From a virus (Duplodnaviria; Heunggongvirae; Uroviricota; Caudoviricetes): DNA of 64,000 nt. The stretch lies in the IMG/VR virus record IMGVR_UViG_3300006143_000275. One strand, written 5' to 3'. Shown one piece after another: positions 27,642 through 36,978 of the stretch. The position numbers and the translations under genes were made by a program. The stretch's first letter is position 1, and every line of letters starts with the position of its first letter. The notes under the pieces are model-generated. The model saw only the letters and a list, made by a program, of their open reading frames with translations, was not told where the DNA came from and did no database searches.

Positions 27642-29153
27642 CTAAATCTTCCATGTAATTTCAACACGCTCCTCGTCCACTTTGATTGTATCAACCAGCG
27701 TGTCGATAACCACTAGCTTGTCGCTGATACTTATTTCATTCCATTGGCGCAAATAGTCTTTGACTGCACCAACATCTTTCCTGCCGTAAATGTCTGCTGA
27801 CATTTCAGCAATTTCTCTTTTTAGGACTACCTTCTCAGCATCCAGCTCCTCTATCTTCCGATTGATGTATTCCATTGTTGCAGAATTTGCAGATATAATC
27901 CTCTCTACAAGAATTTTAATCTCGTTCTCAATCTGATCTACCCTCACCTTTTTCTTTGTGACTTCCAAGCTGTCCTCGCGCTTTTCGTGCATTTGAAGTT
28001 CATTAAACTCTGCCAGCTTCTTCTGCATTTCAAGGAATACAATATCTTCTATTTTCTCTGCAGGAACAGCACCGATACCATCGCACGTCATAGCGACGTA
28101 TTTCCTTGCACACACGTAATACCTTGCTGTATCTGCATATTTCCGTTTATACTCTCTGAGCGACAGCGCATATCCACATTTCCTGCATTTTATCTTACCC
28201 GCCAGCCACGTATTTTTGGCCTTGACCGGCTTTGCGATTTGTCTGACATTGAGACACTTCTTTCTGCACTGGAGCCATAGCGTTGAATCAATACATCCCA
28301 TGTGTGGTGCCAGAACCACGATGTGTCCATCCAGCGATATAGACTTTCGTTTATCGGTATCCTCACCAGTATAGAGATAAACACCATTCATCCCTATAAA
28401 CTGCGATATATCATTCACGATAACAGCCCCTTGGTTCTGGAAAAACTCATAGATCATGTCATCCGCTTTCAGATAGATTGGATTCACAATCACATCCCGT
28501 ATTCGTGTTCTGCTGAAAGCTTCTCCGTCCCGGTTTCGTACTCCATGGTCGTACAGATACCGCATTACATCTGAAAATGATGTCTGTGGGTCTGAGTATA
28601 GGGAATAAATAAGCTTCACCACTTCAATCTCTTCTGGTATCGGCTCATACATACTGGTTTTGATACCATCTATCACTGTATCTTTCAAGCGAAAACCGTA
28701 TGGAACACGACCGCCCATATAGAACCCCTTGCGGCTTCTTGAGCGGTATGCGTCAATTACACGCTGCTGTATTGTTTCGCGCTCAAGCTGAGCAAAAATC
28801 ATGACGATCATCAACATCGCTTTACCTATCGGTGTCGATGTATCAAACCGCTCCGTTACTGATATAAACTCGACACCATATTTTTGAAACTCGTTGATAA
28901 GCTCAGCAAAGTCCAGAACAGACCGGCTGATACGGTCGAGCCTATATACAATCACTCTGGTTGTGTCGCCAGCCTTAATGCGCTCCATCATACGCTGGAA
29001 GTCTGGCCTGTCTGTGTTCTTCCCACTGTACCCCTTATCCGAGAATGTCATGCACTCTGGAGAGGAAACCTCTTTTTTGCAGAGTTCAATTTGACTTTCA
29101 ATAGAGATACTGTCCTCGCGGTCTACTGATTGTCTGGCGTAAATAAAATCCAT
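27642..29153 (-). CDS. Large serine recombinase (phage integrase)
   Basis: Resolvase N-terminus YARQS (catalytic Ser), VYRLDRISR, recombinase domain PYGF, Zn ribbon CRKCG...C...C, coiled coil; 503 aa. Confidence 0.93.
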   Translation of the reverse strand: MDFIYARQSVDREDSISIESQIELCKKEVSSPECMTFSDKGYSGKNTDRPDFQRMMERIKAGDTTRVIVYRLDRISRSVLDFAELINEFQKYGVEFISVTERFDTSTPIGKAMLMIVMIFAQLERETIQQRVIDAYRSRSRKGFYMGGRVPYGFRLKDTVIDGIKTSMYEPIPEEIEVVKLIYSLYSDPQTSFSDVMRYLYDHGVRNRDGEAFSRTRIRDVIVNPIYLKADDMIYEFFQNQGAVIVNDISQFIGMNGVYLYTGEDTDKRKSISLDGHIVVLAPHMGCIDSTLWLQCRKKCLNVRQIAKPVKAKNTWLAGKIKCRKCGYALSLREYKRKYADTARYYVCARKYVAMTCDGIGAVPAEKIEDIVFLEMQKKLAEFNELQMHEKREDSLEVTKKKVRVDQIENEIKILVERIISANSATMEYINRKIEELDAEKVVLKREIAEMSADIYGRKDVGAVKDYLRQWNEISISDKLVVIDTLVDTIKVDEERVEITWKI

Positions 29154-29176
29154 GTTTTGTACTCCCTTTCTGTGCT

Positions 29177-29225
29177 AAAAAAAAGCAGAGCTCGCCCACG
29201 AAGGACGAAGCTCTGCTATTTTTTT
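29177..29225. terminator. Bidirectional terminator immediately upstream of the serine integrase RBS
   Basis: A8-GCAGAGCT...AGCTCTGC-TA-T7. On the minus strand the U8 tract ends about 23 nt before the integrase ATG. Confidence 0.75.
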
Positions 29226-29394
29226 ACGATGGTTGGTATTTGCTAAAGATGGAGTAGAGACGGTCTTCAACTTCCCGTTTTTGTTCATCTCTATCCTCTT
29301 TATGTATATTGGGAGTATTGTTGACTACGGTAAAAATAGATCCGCAGTGATTGACCTGGTGCTCGTCTGTGATATACTTTGGAATATCAATCAC
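29224..29394 (-). CDS. Small protein upstream of serine integrase (not in ORF track; RDF candidate)
   Basis: Manual translation from GTG: MIDIPKYITDEHQVNHCGSIFTVVNNTPNIHKEDRDEQKREVEDRLYSIFSKYQPS (56 aa). Start codon uncertain. Confidence 0.5.
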   Translation of the reverse strand: MIDIPKYITDEHQVNHCGSIFTVVNNTPNIHKEDRDEQKREVEDRLYSIFSKYQPS

Positions 29395-29563
29395 CTCGCA
29401 AGAGAATCGCCAGAATAAAGGCGACGGCCGGAGGCATCCAGAGCGGCGCTAATACCAGCAACCAGCTCCATCTGATGATACCGAACAGTTTAAGAATGAC
29501 GAATACGGCGGTCAATACCTTACAGTCAATTCGGAATATGAGCTTATTTGATTTTTTATCCAT
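29387..29563 (-). CDS. Small membrane protein (not in ORF track)
   Basis: Manual translation: MDKKSNKLIFRIDCKVLTAVFVILKLFGIIRWSWLLVLAPLWMPPAVAFILAILLRGD. ATG overlaps the dut stop (TGATG); LKLxGxIxWSW..VxAPLW is a common phage family. Confidence 0.7.
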   Translation of the reverse strand: MDKKSNKLIFRIDCKVLTAVFVILKLFGIIRWSWLLVLAPLWMPPAVAFILAILLRGD

Positions 29564-30087
29564 CACTTTGCTCCTGTACTGCCGATGCCTCCATTTCTGA
29601 CGGCAACAGCATTGTCGTTGTATGTGATACCGTATGGGATGAAAATAGCCTGCATAAAGCCATCGCCAGCATCGATGCAGATATCTTTTCCTTCATTGGT
29701 ATCGTTGGTGATCTTGGCAAAGATATGACCTTCATTATCAGAGCCGTAATAGTCTTCATCGATCACGCCGATGGTGTTGTTAAGCTGCATCCGGTACTTG
29801 AACCCAAGACCACTACGCGGAACACACGCCAGCCACCATCCAGGCTCAATCTTTACCCGGATGCCAGTCGGAATTTTGATAGTATCACCTGGGTGCAGAG
29901 TAAAAGAGAAGGGGGCTCTGAAGTCATACCCTGCAGACCCTGACGTTGCCCGTGTCGGAAGTTTGATCTGCTCGTATAAGTCATGAACATACGCTTTATA
30001 AAATTCCCACTCATTTGCAATCGGCATATCCTTCATGGATTCAAGGAACTGTTCGAAGCTGACTTTTTCAAATTTTCCTACTTGCAT
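29563..30087 (-). CDS. dut: Trimeric dUTPase
   Basis: Motifs SAGYDF, PRSGLG, GVIDEDY, MQAIF, RNGGIGSTG. Confidence 0.93.
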   Translation of the reverse strand: MQVGKFEKVSFEQFLESMKDMPIANEWEFYKAYVHDLYEQIKLPTRATSGSAGYDFRAPFSFTLHPGDTIKIPTGIRVKIEPGWWLACVPRSGLGFKYRMQLNNTIGVIDEDYYGSDNEGHIFAKITNDTNEGKDICIDAGDGFMQAIFIPYGITYNDNAVAVRNGGIGSTGAK

Positions 30088-30096
30088 AGTTTCTCC

Positions 30097-30594
30097 TTAA
30101 TTCCGTGTACGTTTCCAGTAGTTCTTCATCTTGTATGAAGGATCATTTGTGACGTCCATTTTGCAGATACTCGGCGGTACAAAGTTATTTGCATCCTCTA
30201 CGCTTTGGAATTCTACTTCTGCGTACATAAACTCTGTATCAGTGCCTTTGTCTACATGTGAGCATTCCAATATAAGGCCATCGATGTCATATATACTAAA
30301 ATCCTTTTTGACAAATGGGTGTTCGACCATATCAGCCAGTGCGTAGAAGTATTCTTTTGAAATAGGAATCTCGACTTCACGGCGAATAAGTTCACCGTTC
30401 GATTTGATAGCGATGTAATATGAGACGTCTATTCCTTCAACAACATTCCTTCGAATTCTTACCTCTGGATCAATAGACAGATATGCTTGATAGACTTCTT
30501 TCCTCTCCAACATTGGCAAGGAAGTTGGTAATCTATCAATTAAGAACTTGCGTTCAATTTCTGTGAATTGGTTTTCCAACAAATCACTCCTCAT
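30097..30594 (-). CDS. CYTH domain protein
   Basis: EIERKFLI, VRIR, YAEVEF, DVTNDPSYK. Confidence 0.85.
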   Translation of the reverse strand: MRSDLLENQFTEIERKFLIDRLPTSLPMLERKEVYQAYLSIDPEVRIRRNVVEGIDVSYYIAIKSNGELIRREVEIPISKEYFYALADMVEHPFVKKDFSIYDIDGLILECSHVDKGTDTEFMYAEVEFQSVEDANNFVPPSICKMDVTNDPSYKMKNYWKRTRN

Positions 30595-30922
30595 ATCTAA
30601 ATTCTGTGTGAGCTACAACAGAGTACAAGATGTCTGAGGAGATGTCTTTGTCATACAAAACAAAGTTGAACTTGTGTCCTCTTGCACTGTCTCCGGCGGA
30701 TAAAAACCTGATGCTGCTTCCATTTTTGAAAGTTACATATCTGTCTTGTACTTTGGAAATGGCATCCTTTTCTTCTTCGTCTAAACATATCTCATTTACA
30801 AAGTCCATATAAACGCACTTTGCATCATGGATAAGTTTTGTAAAGACACCGACTCTGAATCCTGGTAGCTGCACACATTTTCTGATGGCTTTCAGTTCTT
30901 CAAGGTAGTCAAGCTGTACCAT
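30584..30922 (-). CDS. Hypothetical protein (resembles a terminase/ATPase mid-region fragment)
   Basis: FKNGSSIRFLSAGDSARGHKFNFVLYD. Confidence 0.5.
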   Translation of the reverse strand: MVQLDYLEELKAIRKCVQLPGFRVGVFTKLIHDAKCVYMDFVNEICLDEEEKDAISKVQDRYVTFKNGSSIRFLSAGDSARGHKFNFVLYDKDISSDILYSVVAHTEFRYEE

Positions 30923-30923
30923 A

Positions 30924-31163
30924 TCACTTGCGCCTAAAGATGTTGCTAATTACAGCAGCGCACACACCAATAACCGTAACAGCCAGCGTTGTAACAGCCA
31001 TTACTACGCAAGGACCATCGACAAGCTCTACCTCACCTGTGAGAAGCTCTCCATCTTCACATTCACCACACGGAACTCCCTCTGTAGTTTCAGTGATTAC
31101 CTTTCGATCCATCTTACCAGTTACTTCATTGTAGAAATACTGGATTTCAGTCTTCGTTTTCAT
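30924..31163 (-). CDS. Hypothetical protein with C-terminal TM helix
   Basis: 79-aa ORF with SD; hydrophobic C-terminus followed by RRK. Confidence 0.55.
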   Translation of the reverse strand: MKTKTEIQYFYNEVTGKMDRKVITETTEGVPCGECEDGELLTGEVELVDGPCVVMAVTTLAVTVIGVCAAVISNIFRRK

Positions 31164-31172
31164 ATTGGCCTC

Positions 31173-31358
31173 CTATTCTGCACACTTGATATAAAGCCCG
31201 CAATGACAGGCGCCCTCTGTCATTTCTCGGAATTCTTTACACATACATTTTGTATCTGCATTTTTTACCAGAGCACATGGGCAGTATCCATTGTTGGCTT
31301 TTAGCTGCTGTCTGATTTCATACACAAATTCTGTGTCAGGGTTCGTTGTGATTCTCAT
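31173..31358 (-). CDS. Ferredoxin-thioredoxin reductase catalytic-subunit-like protein
   Basis: GYCPC...CMC...CHCGLY cysteine pattern of the FTR beta chain. Confidence 0.85.
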   Translation of the reverse strand: MRITTNPDTEFVYEIRQQLKANNGYCPCALVKNADTKCMCKEFREMTEGACHCGLYIKCAE

Positions 31359-31843
31359 TATGAAATCCTCTCTGCATATTGATTATCACTTGCGAGGGTA
31401 ACGCCAAGAACATCATCAAACCGGCTTGTACTATTCGGTACGAATCGTCCAAACTTTACAATAATGTTCTTATAAGCAGATAGTGTCTTGAGCTGCTCCT
31501 TTATCTCCTCTGGGTAATAGCCTGTATAGATTACAACATCGTCGTTGCACCTAAAGACAAGCCGTAAATCATGAATAACTTCTTCCATCTCATTAAACTG
31601 CTCGAACGGTTCCAGACCACCAAAAATAACTGCCTCGGTAACTTTATTGGCGAGGTATCGTTCACACAGTTCACAACTGTCAATAGTGACGGGGGCGCGT
31701 GAGCGCCACCCGTCATTCTGACAGACAGATGTAGGTATTCCTGCTTCTATGCAGCATTTGCCGCCGCAGGATATTGCGCCGATGAACATTGACGGTTTCT
31801 TGTAATCATCGAACCGTTCATCAACAACAGTGAGGACTCGCAT
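31358..31843 (-). CDS. nrdG: Anaerobic RNR activase-like radical SAM protein
   Basis: CGGKCC...CQN cysteine cluster, FGGLEPF, IYTGY, VKFGRF; adjacent to nrdD. Confidence 0.8.
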   Translation of the reverse strand: MRVLTVVDERFDDYKKPSMFIGAISCGGKCCIEAGIPTSVCQNDGWRSRAPVTIDSCELCERYLANKVTEAVIFGGLEPFEQFNEMEEVIHDLRLVFRCNDDVVIYTGYYPEEIKEQLKTLSAYKNIIVKFGRFVPNSTSRFDDVLGVTLASDNQYAERIS

Positions 31844-33594
31844 CAGAGTTGAACCCTGTCTGAAAACTCGGCTTTTTTGCCGCGATTGAAGTTATCCACA
31901 CAGCGCAGATACCCAGTGATGCGCTGATACTTCTTGAGCCGTTGCTTGCAGTACGGACACTTATCCACTTTTTCTGGTATATATCCATGTTCGTCGCAGT
32001 AACGAGAGATCGGGGATAGGCTCATATACGGAACCCGATAGTTCTCACACATTGCTTTGACGATGGCTTTTGCCTGCTCGCCAGTAATAGCGCCTTCTTC
32101 CCACACATGAATGACAGTTCCGCCTGTAAACTGCGTCTGAAGATCTTCCTGGTGCTTGAAGGTGCTATCGATACCATCAATCATGCTGACAGGAATGTGA
32201 CAGCTATTCGTGTAATAGCAATCAAGTCCGCTGCCCTGAGTAATGATGTCAGGGTAGATTTTCCTGTCGGCCAACGCAAACCGGTAGCATGTCGATTCGG
32301 CCGGCGTTGCCTCGTAGTTATACAGGTGGCCGGTCTCCTCCTGATAAACCAGGAGCCGTGCCCTGATGTGGTTGCCAACATCAACACAGAACTGCTTGGC
32401 TTCAGGGTCAATAATGTTCTTCCCCATGAAATTTTCACACATTTCATTCATGCCGATGACGCCGATTGTTGAGAAGTGGTTGTTGATCGTACCAACATAC
32501 TCCATATATGCCGGCAGCATGTGCGCGTCGATAACCTCTTTCTGGAGCCAGTCCCGCTTGATTTCCAGACTATCTCTGGCGATGTCGAGATACTTATCCA
32601 AAGCGGCGTAAAAGCTTGCCTGATCGCCTTTGTTCTCATATCCAAGGCGAGGAAGATTCAGTGTAACAACGCCAATAGAGCCTGTTGAGTCTCCTGCTCC
32701 AAACAGGCCGCCATTTCTATGGCGAAGCTCAGACAGATCGAGGCGCAGGCGGCAGCACATAGACCTCACGTCTGAGATATCCAAATCGCTGTTGATAAAG
32801 TTGGCAAAATACGGAGTCCCGTACTTCCCCGCCATCTCCCACAGCATTTCATTGTTAGGATTATCCCAATCAAAACGTTCGTGGATATTATAAGTCGGAA
32901 TAGGATATGCAAACAGCTTCCCGTCTGCATCACCATTGAGCATAATCTCAAAGAATACTCTGTTGAGCATGTCCATTTCCTGCTGGCAGGAACCATAAGT
33001 GAAGCTTTGGAGTTTGCCGCCAACGATGACATATTCGTCCAACATATCTTTTGGTGGTGTCAGGTCAAAGGTAATGTTGGAAAAAGCAGGTTCTGCTCCA
33101 GCCCGACTGTTCGAGTTAATGCTGAAAATAAAGTTCTGCATTGACTGCTTTACTTCGTCATACCCGATTTTGTCGCTTTTGATGAACGGAGCGAGCAACG
33201 TGTCAAATCCGTTCAAAGCAACAGCTCCCATGATTTCGTTCTGGAAAATCGTAATCAGGTTTGCAATCTGATTAAGAACAGAGTCAAAGTGCTTTGCCGG
33301 AGCAGATGTTGGCACACTTGGTACATTACGAACGCCTTTGAGCAGGATTTCCCTCAGAGAGTATCCAACGCAATAAAGTGTCAGTCCCCCAAGATCATGG
33401 ATGTGGATATGTCCATCAACATATGCTTGCGAGATGTATTCAGGGTAGACTTCGCGGAGCCAGTAGTCCTTGCTGACCTCTGCCGTAATGTACTTGTTCA
33501 TTGCTCCAAAGCTGTATGGAGCATTTGAATTTTCCTTTACTCGCCAATCCTTTTTGTCCAGATAAGATTCAACAATATTTTTACTGCTTTTCAT
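31843..33594 (-). CDS. nrdD: Class III anaerobic ribonucleoside-triphosphate reductase (no ATP cone)
   Basis: GHIHIHDL, SMCCRL finger loop, EATPAES, CDEHGY...CPYC metal site, glycyl-radical motif RITGYL. Confidence 0.93.
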   Translation of the reverse strand: MKSSKNIVESYLDKKDWRVKENSNAPYSFGAMNKYITAEVSKDYWLREVYPEYISQAYVDGHIHIHDLGGLTLYCVGYSLREILLKGVRNVPSVPTSAPAKHFDSVLNQIANLITIFQNEIMGAVALNGFDTLLAPFIKSDKIGYDEVKQSMQNFIFSINSNSRAGAEPAFSNITFDLTPPKDMLDEYVIVGGKLQSFTYGSCQQEMDMLNRVFFEIMLNGDADGKLFAYPIPTYNIHERFDWDNPNNEMLWEMAGKYGTPYFANFINSDLDISDVRSMCCRLRLDLSELRHRNGGLFGAGDSTGSIGVVTLNLPRLGYENKGDQASFYAALDKYLDIARDSLEIKRDWLQKEVIDAHMLPAYMEYVGTINNHFSTIGVIGMNEMCENFMGKNIIDPEAKQFCVDVGNHIRARLLVYQEETGHLYNYEATPAESTCYRFALADRKIYPDIITQGSGLDCYYTNSCHIPVSMIDGIDSTFKHQEDLQTQFTGGTVIHVWEEGAITGEQAKAIVKAMCENYRVPYMSLSPISRYCDEHGYIPEKVDKCPYCKQRLKKYQRITGYLRCVDNFNRGKKAEFSDRVQL

Positions 33595-33802
33595 CTGATA
33601 CCTCCCCGTATGTATTTGCCCAGTTAATTGCTGCGTTGTATTGAATCAACTCATCGCCCACACGCAATACTGGGACTTTTGTAATACCAAGAGAAAACAT
33701 CTCATCGACGGAATTGTTCTCCACGTATGGAATGTTCTTCTCATCCAGCAAGTCTTTTAGCGCCCGGCAATTCGGGCAGCCTGTGGTATACATTACGACC
33801 AC
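33581..33802 (-). CDS. Glutaredoxin/NrdH-like redoxin
   Basis: YTTGCPNC...VPVL. Confidence 0.85.
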   Translation of the reverse strand: MVVMYTTGCPNCRALKDLLDEKNIPYVENNSVDEMFSLGITKVPVLRVGDELIQYNAAINWANTYGEVSDEKQ

Positions 33803-33810
33803 TGTATCAC

Positions 33811-34371
33811 CTACCCTTCGTTTGCAATTCGCCAGATCTCGTCATATGCTTCAACCCAGCTATTGACTCTTACGGCACCAACCATGCTTTCATCCAGATC
33901 CAAATTGTGCATGGCGCTCATAAGGATCTTCCTGTATGAACCGCCGTAAAGATTATGAATACCGTCATCAACAAGCACATCTCCAGCAATCAAATGCTTT
34001 CTACATGTGATGATGACGTCATCCCAAGTTAAGAATGGGAAGTATCGGAAAAGAACCTTCTCCATCTTAGCTTTGATGGTATGATAGGTAGAGGCGGTCA
34101 CGATCAGAACGTCGTGACCATCCTCTTTCAGTTTCAAGAGAGTCTCTGCTGCTCCATCGATTGGTTCGACCCAATCCCAGAAATCGTCTTCCAATAGAGG
34201 CCCATATACCTGATCTTTGGTAAGTGTTGGATATGCTTTAGATACATCCCATTGATTGACTGCTTCGTATGGAACGTTGAGTCCATATTTGTGGTTTAGA
34301 TACTTTGACCACGCAAATGACAATTTCTCAATGCAGTCATCCATATCAACCAATACAGTTAATTTCCGCAT
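33811..34371 (-). CDS. 5'(3')-deoxyribonucleotidase (NT5C, HAD family)
   Basis: VDMDDC (DxD), IVTAS, GDVLVDDG. Confidence 0.85.
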   Translation of the reverse strand: MRKLTVLVDMDDCIEKLSFAWSKYLNHKYGLNVPYEAVNQWDVSKAYPTLTKDQVYGPLLEDDFWDWVEPIDGAAETLLKLKEDGHDVLIVTASTYHTIKAKMEKVLFRYFPFLTWDDVIITCRKHLIAGDVLVDDGIHNLYGGSYRKILMSAMHNLDLDESMVGAVRVNSWVEAYDEIWRIANEG

Positions 34372-34374
34372 TGG

Positions 34375-34794
34375 TTACTCCTTGCTGACGCTCATAATGT
34401 CGTCAAAAGTAATCTGATCTGGGTCAACTCCGTGAGAACTGAGGTAGTGTGGCATATCGTCAAACTGGGTCTGACCAAGTTCCTCATGGTGCATGATAGC
34501 GAGGATATTCCACGCCGCAGCAGCCAGATGGTCTTCGTCGTCCATACCCATGATGAACTTATCGAGGTGTCGCTTCGTCGAGTCTATGTAGCGGGAGAAA
34601 GGCATACCTTTTTCCCAATTACGATCCGCATATTTGCGGCTTCCAGCCTCATACCACATGGCAAGACGGCGGATGCCGAACGGAGTAATGAGGTCGTAGC
34701 GACCCTTTCCGGTTGATGGTTCACGCATTGCGAGACCTTCGCCGTAAACCATGCGTTCTCCACCGTCGTTGATCTTTTCATCCGCATAACTCAT
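34375..34794 (-). CDS. DUF5664 dATP/dGTP diphosphohydrolase-domain protein
   Basis: GKGRYDLI...GSRKYADRNWEKGM...RH...EDHLAAAAWN. Confidence 0.8.
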   Translation of the reverse strand: MSYADEKINDGGERMVYGEGLAMREPSTGKGRYDLITPFGIRRLAMWYEAGSRKYADRNWEKGMPFSRYIDSTKRHLDKFIMGMDDEDHLAAAAWNILAIMHHEELGQTQFDDMPHYLSSHGVDPDQITFDDIMSVSKE

Positions 34795-34800
34795 ATCGAA

Positions 34801-35490
34801 TTACTCCTTCCTCGGCATCAAGCCGCAGGTGTATCGTTCCTTACAGAAGCCCATATACTTGCACTTCGGCACAAAATAATGTCCAACAACGTACTTCCAC
34901 TCTTCGGAATAGTTGGACAGAGCATCACACAGATCGTTGAACAGTTTCCGGTATTCATGATACGCCCTCTTACACATCCTCTGATGGGACATATCAATGA
35001 GGTTTCGCATGTTATGCTTACACACGATTTTGGTCGTCATACCAAGCGGAAGAGCAAGTGCTGAATCCTCTCGTGGTATCCCAAGTTCGTCAAGGTCTTT
35101 CAGACCATCTTCGATAGATGCCATGATATTTGCATAGATATCGCCAGCAGTGGTATTCTCCCGAATGCTGAGCGGAGTTACAAAATCAAAGCCATGCTCA
35201 TAGTCGATGTACCGTGTACTTGCCTGAAGGCGAGTTGGGGAACCGCCAATATGCGTATACCACTCACGAATAACGCGGGCAGAATACCCATCCAGAATCA
35301 TATAGACATCCGGAAATTCGAATGTTCTCCCGTGCTCACTTTCAAGACAATCAATCCCGCGCTTGTAGTTTTTCTTGTCGTCACTGGTGTCTGCTCCCCA
35401 GCAGCATCCAGCTTCCTTTCCAATCATTGTGATTGGGGTTTTGCTTGTAAATTCATCCTGAATAATGACTTTGCTCATATGTATCCTCAA
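34801..35490 (-). CDS. thyX: FAD-dependent thymidylate synthase
   Basis: HGRTFEF, ARVIREWYTH...LQASTRY, EDSALALP, NMRNL. Confidence 0.8.
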   Translation of the reverse strand: MRIHMSKVIIQDEFTSKTPITMIGKEAGCCWGADTSDDKKNYKRGIDCLESEHGRTFEFPDVYMILDGYSARVIREWYTHIGGSPTRLQASTRYIDYEHGFDFVTPLSIRENTTAGDIYANIMASIEDGLKDLDELGIPREDSALALPLGMTTKIVCKHNMRNLIDMSHQRMCKRAYHEYRKLFNDLCDALSNYSEEWKYVVGHYFVPKCKYMGFCKERYTCGLMPRKE

Positions 35491-36095
35491 CTTTCATATG
35501 GGGTTTCTAAGCTGTAATCCCATATTGAGAACTGACCTTTGTATGCGTTGCGGAAATGATTGTGTTCACCATCTCCAGAGAACCAAAGGTAATCGGGTGG
35601 CAATACTCTGCCAACGTTAACCTCGCCATTTTTCTCGTTGTTCCAACGGGTCAAAACGTCTTTTGCAAGCTGATACAGCGCATCATCAACCGGCCTGTCA
35701 TTGTAATAGGCGAATTGATTCTTCGCTGTTACAACCTCATAAATCGTTCCGCCGTATTCATCAACTCGATTCAGAACAGTCCACACGACACATGCTTTCT
35801 CTGTGTCGCTCGGAACCCCTCCGCATTCCTGATACATGAGTTTTGCGAGCATAACAATATCACTCTCATTGTAATACATCACATAAGGCGGTTTGGTCTG
35901 TTCCTTCTTAATCTCCGACTTGTTCGTGTGGGCAGAGATTATAGTTCTCTCTTCGAGTGTGCGCACCGTATTGGACGTCAAATGTACGGGGTCTACCATC
36001 TGCACATTTGGCTCCGGCTCCGGTATCGTGGTTAACCCACACGCCAAAAGCATAATTGCGGTGACAACAAAATATACGATTAAAGAACGCTTCAC
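35487..36095 (-). CDS. Secreted cell wall hydrolase (SleB/Hydrolase_2)
   Basis: Signal peptide; LAKLMYQECGG...VVWTVLNRVD...VVTAKNQF. Confidence 0.8.
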   Translation of the reverse strand: MKRSLIVYFVVTAIMLLACGLTTIPEPEPNVQMVDPVHLTSNTVRTLEERTIISAHTNKSEIKKEQTKPPYVMYYNESDIVMLAKLMYQECGGVPSDTEKACVVWTVLNRVDEYGGTIYEVVTAKNQFAYYNDRPVDDALYQLAKDVLTRWNNEKNGEVNVGRVLPPDYLWFSGDGEHNHFRNAYKGQFSIWDYSLETPYES

Positions 36096-36152
36096 TTATT
36101 TATACCTCCGTTATCTGGGCGGTAAAAAGGACGGCGCTTTAGCACCGCCCTC

Positions 36153-36440
36153 TTATACCGAATCCTCCCCGTATACGCGAACAAACGCCTGGTTTCCAAA
36201 GGCGATGCTGCATTCTCTATCAAGCCATTTCTGTTCGAACTGGCTGTATATGGGGATTACCCTGCTTAGCTTCACTTTAACTGGCTCCATTGCCTGCGCC
36301 GCTTCATATATGAGATTGATAAACTGCCTCTCAATGATAATTCGCGGAGCTTCAATGGTTTGCCTTCGTGTGCCTCGTGTCGTAATGATATCGATGGCAC
36401 AAGTGAATATCTCAAATTGATCCTGCATCGTCATGACCAC
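36153..36440 (-). CDS. Hypothetical protein
   Basis: 95-aa ORF in the minus-strand operon. Confidence 0.55.
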   Translation of the reverse strand: MVMTMQDQFEIFTCAIDIITTRGTRRQTIEAPRIIIERQFINLIYEAAQAMEPVKVKLSRVIPIYSQFEQKWLDRECSIAFGNQAFVRVYGEDSV

Positions 36441-36978
36441 TACCGCCTTTCAGAATATCAATGAAGCTGCCTTCATCAATATCCGTTGGCTCATCTATAG
36501 TAGCTGTTTTCTTAGCAGGTGGTTTCTTTTTCTTCGGTGCTGCATCCAGATTGAACGCCGCTTGATATACCGGATTCATAAACGGGTCAGCCCTTACTTG
36601 CCAGCCACTCGGAGTAGTGAATGGACTTACCGGGAACCATTCATCTGCGCCTGTGTCCGATGTACTTGAAAAATCAATACCGAGTTGTGGTTGAACGCCT
36701 CTGTTAGGAATCAGACACACCTTACCGGGCTCCATACCAGGAGAAACCGAGATGGGTATACCCATATATCTCGCGGCATACCCTCTGCCACTCTCTACAT
36801 CATCGTTGCTGACATAGATCATTCTGGTCTGTTCCCAGAGCTGTTGAAGCGTTTCCTGACTGCAGAGAATCTGCCCTGGCTCTCCACCCGTTCGTGACTG
36901 CATTTCCTCAATTATACGGCTAAGTTCTTCCGAAACATTCATAACAGACCTCCATCCTCTACCGGCGAGATCTTGCAC
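36412..36978 (-). CDS. Hypothetical protein (true start probably MNVSEEL near 36942)
   Basis: ORF track; overlaps neighbours in an operon-like way. Confidence 0.5.
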   Translation of the reverse strand: MQDLAGRGWRSVMNVSEELSRIIEEMQSRTGGEPGQILCSQETLQQLWEQTRMIYVSNDDVESGRGYAARYMGIPISVSPGMEPGKVCLIPNRGVQPQLGIDFSSTSDTGADEWFPVSPFTTPSGWQVRADPFMNPVYQAAFNLDAAPKKKKPPAKKTATIDEPTDIDEGSFIDILKGGSGHDDAGSI

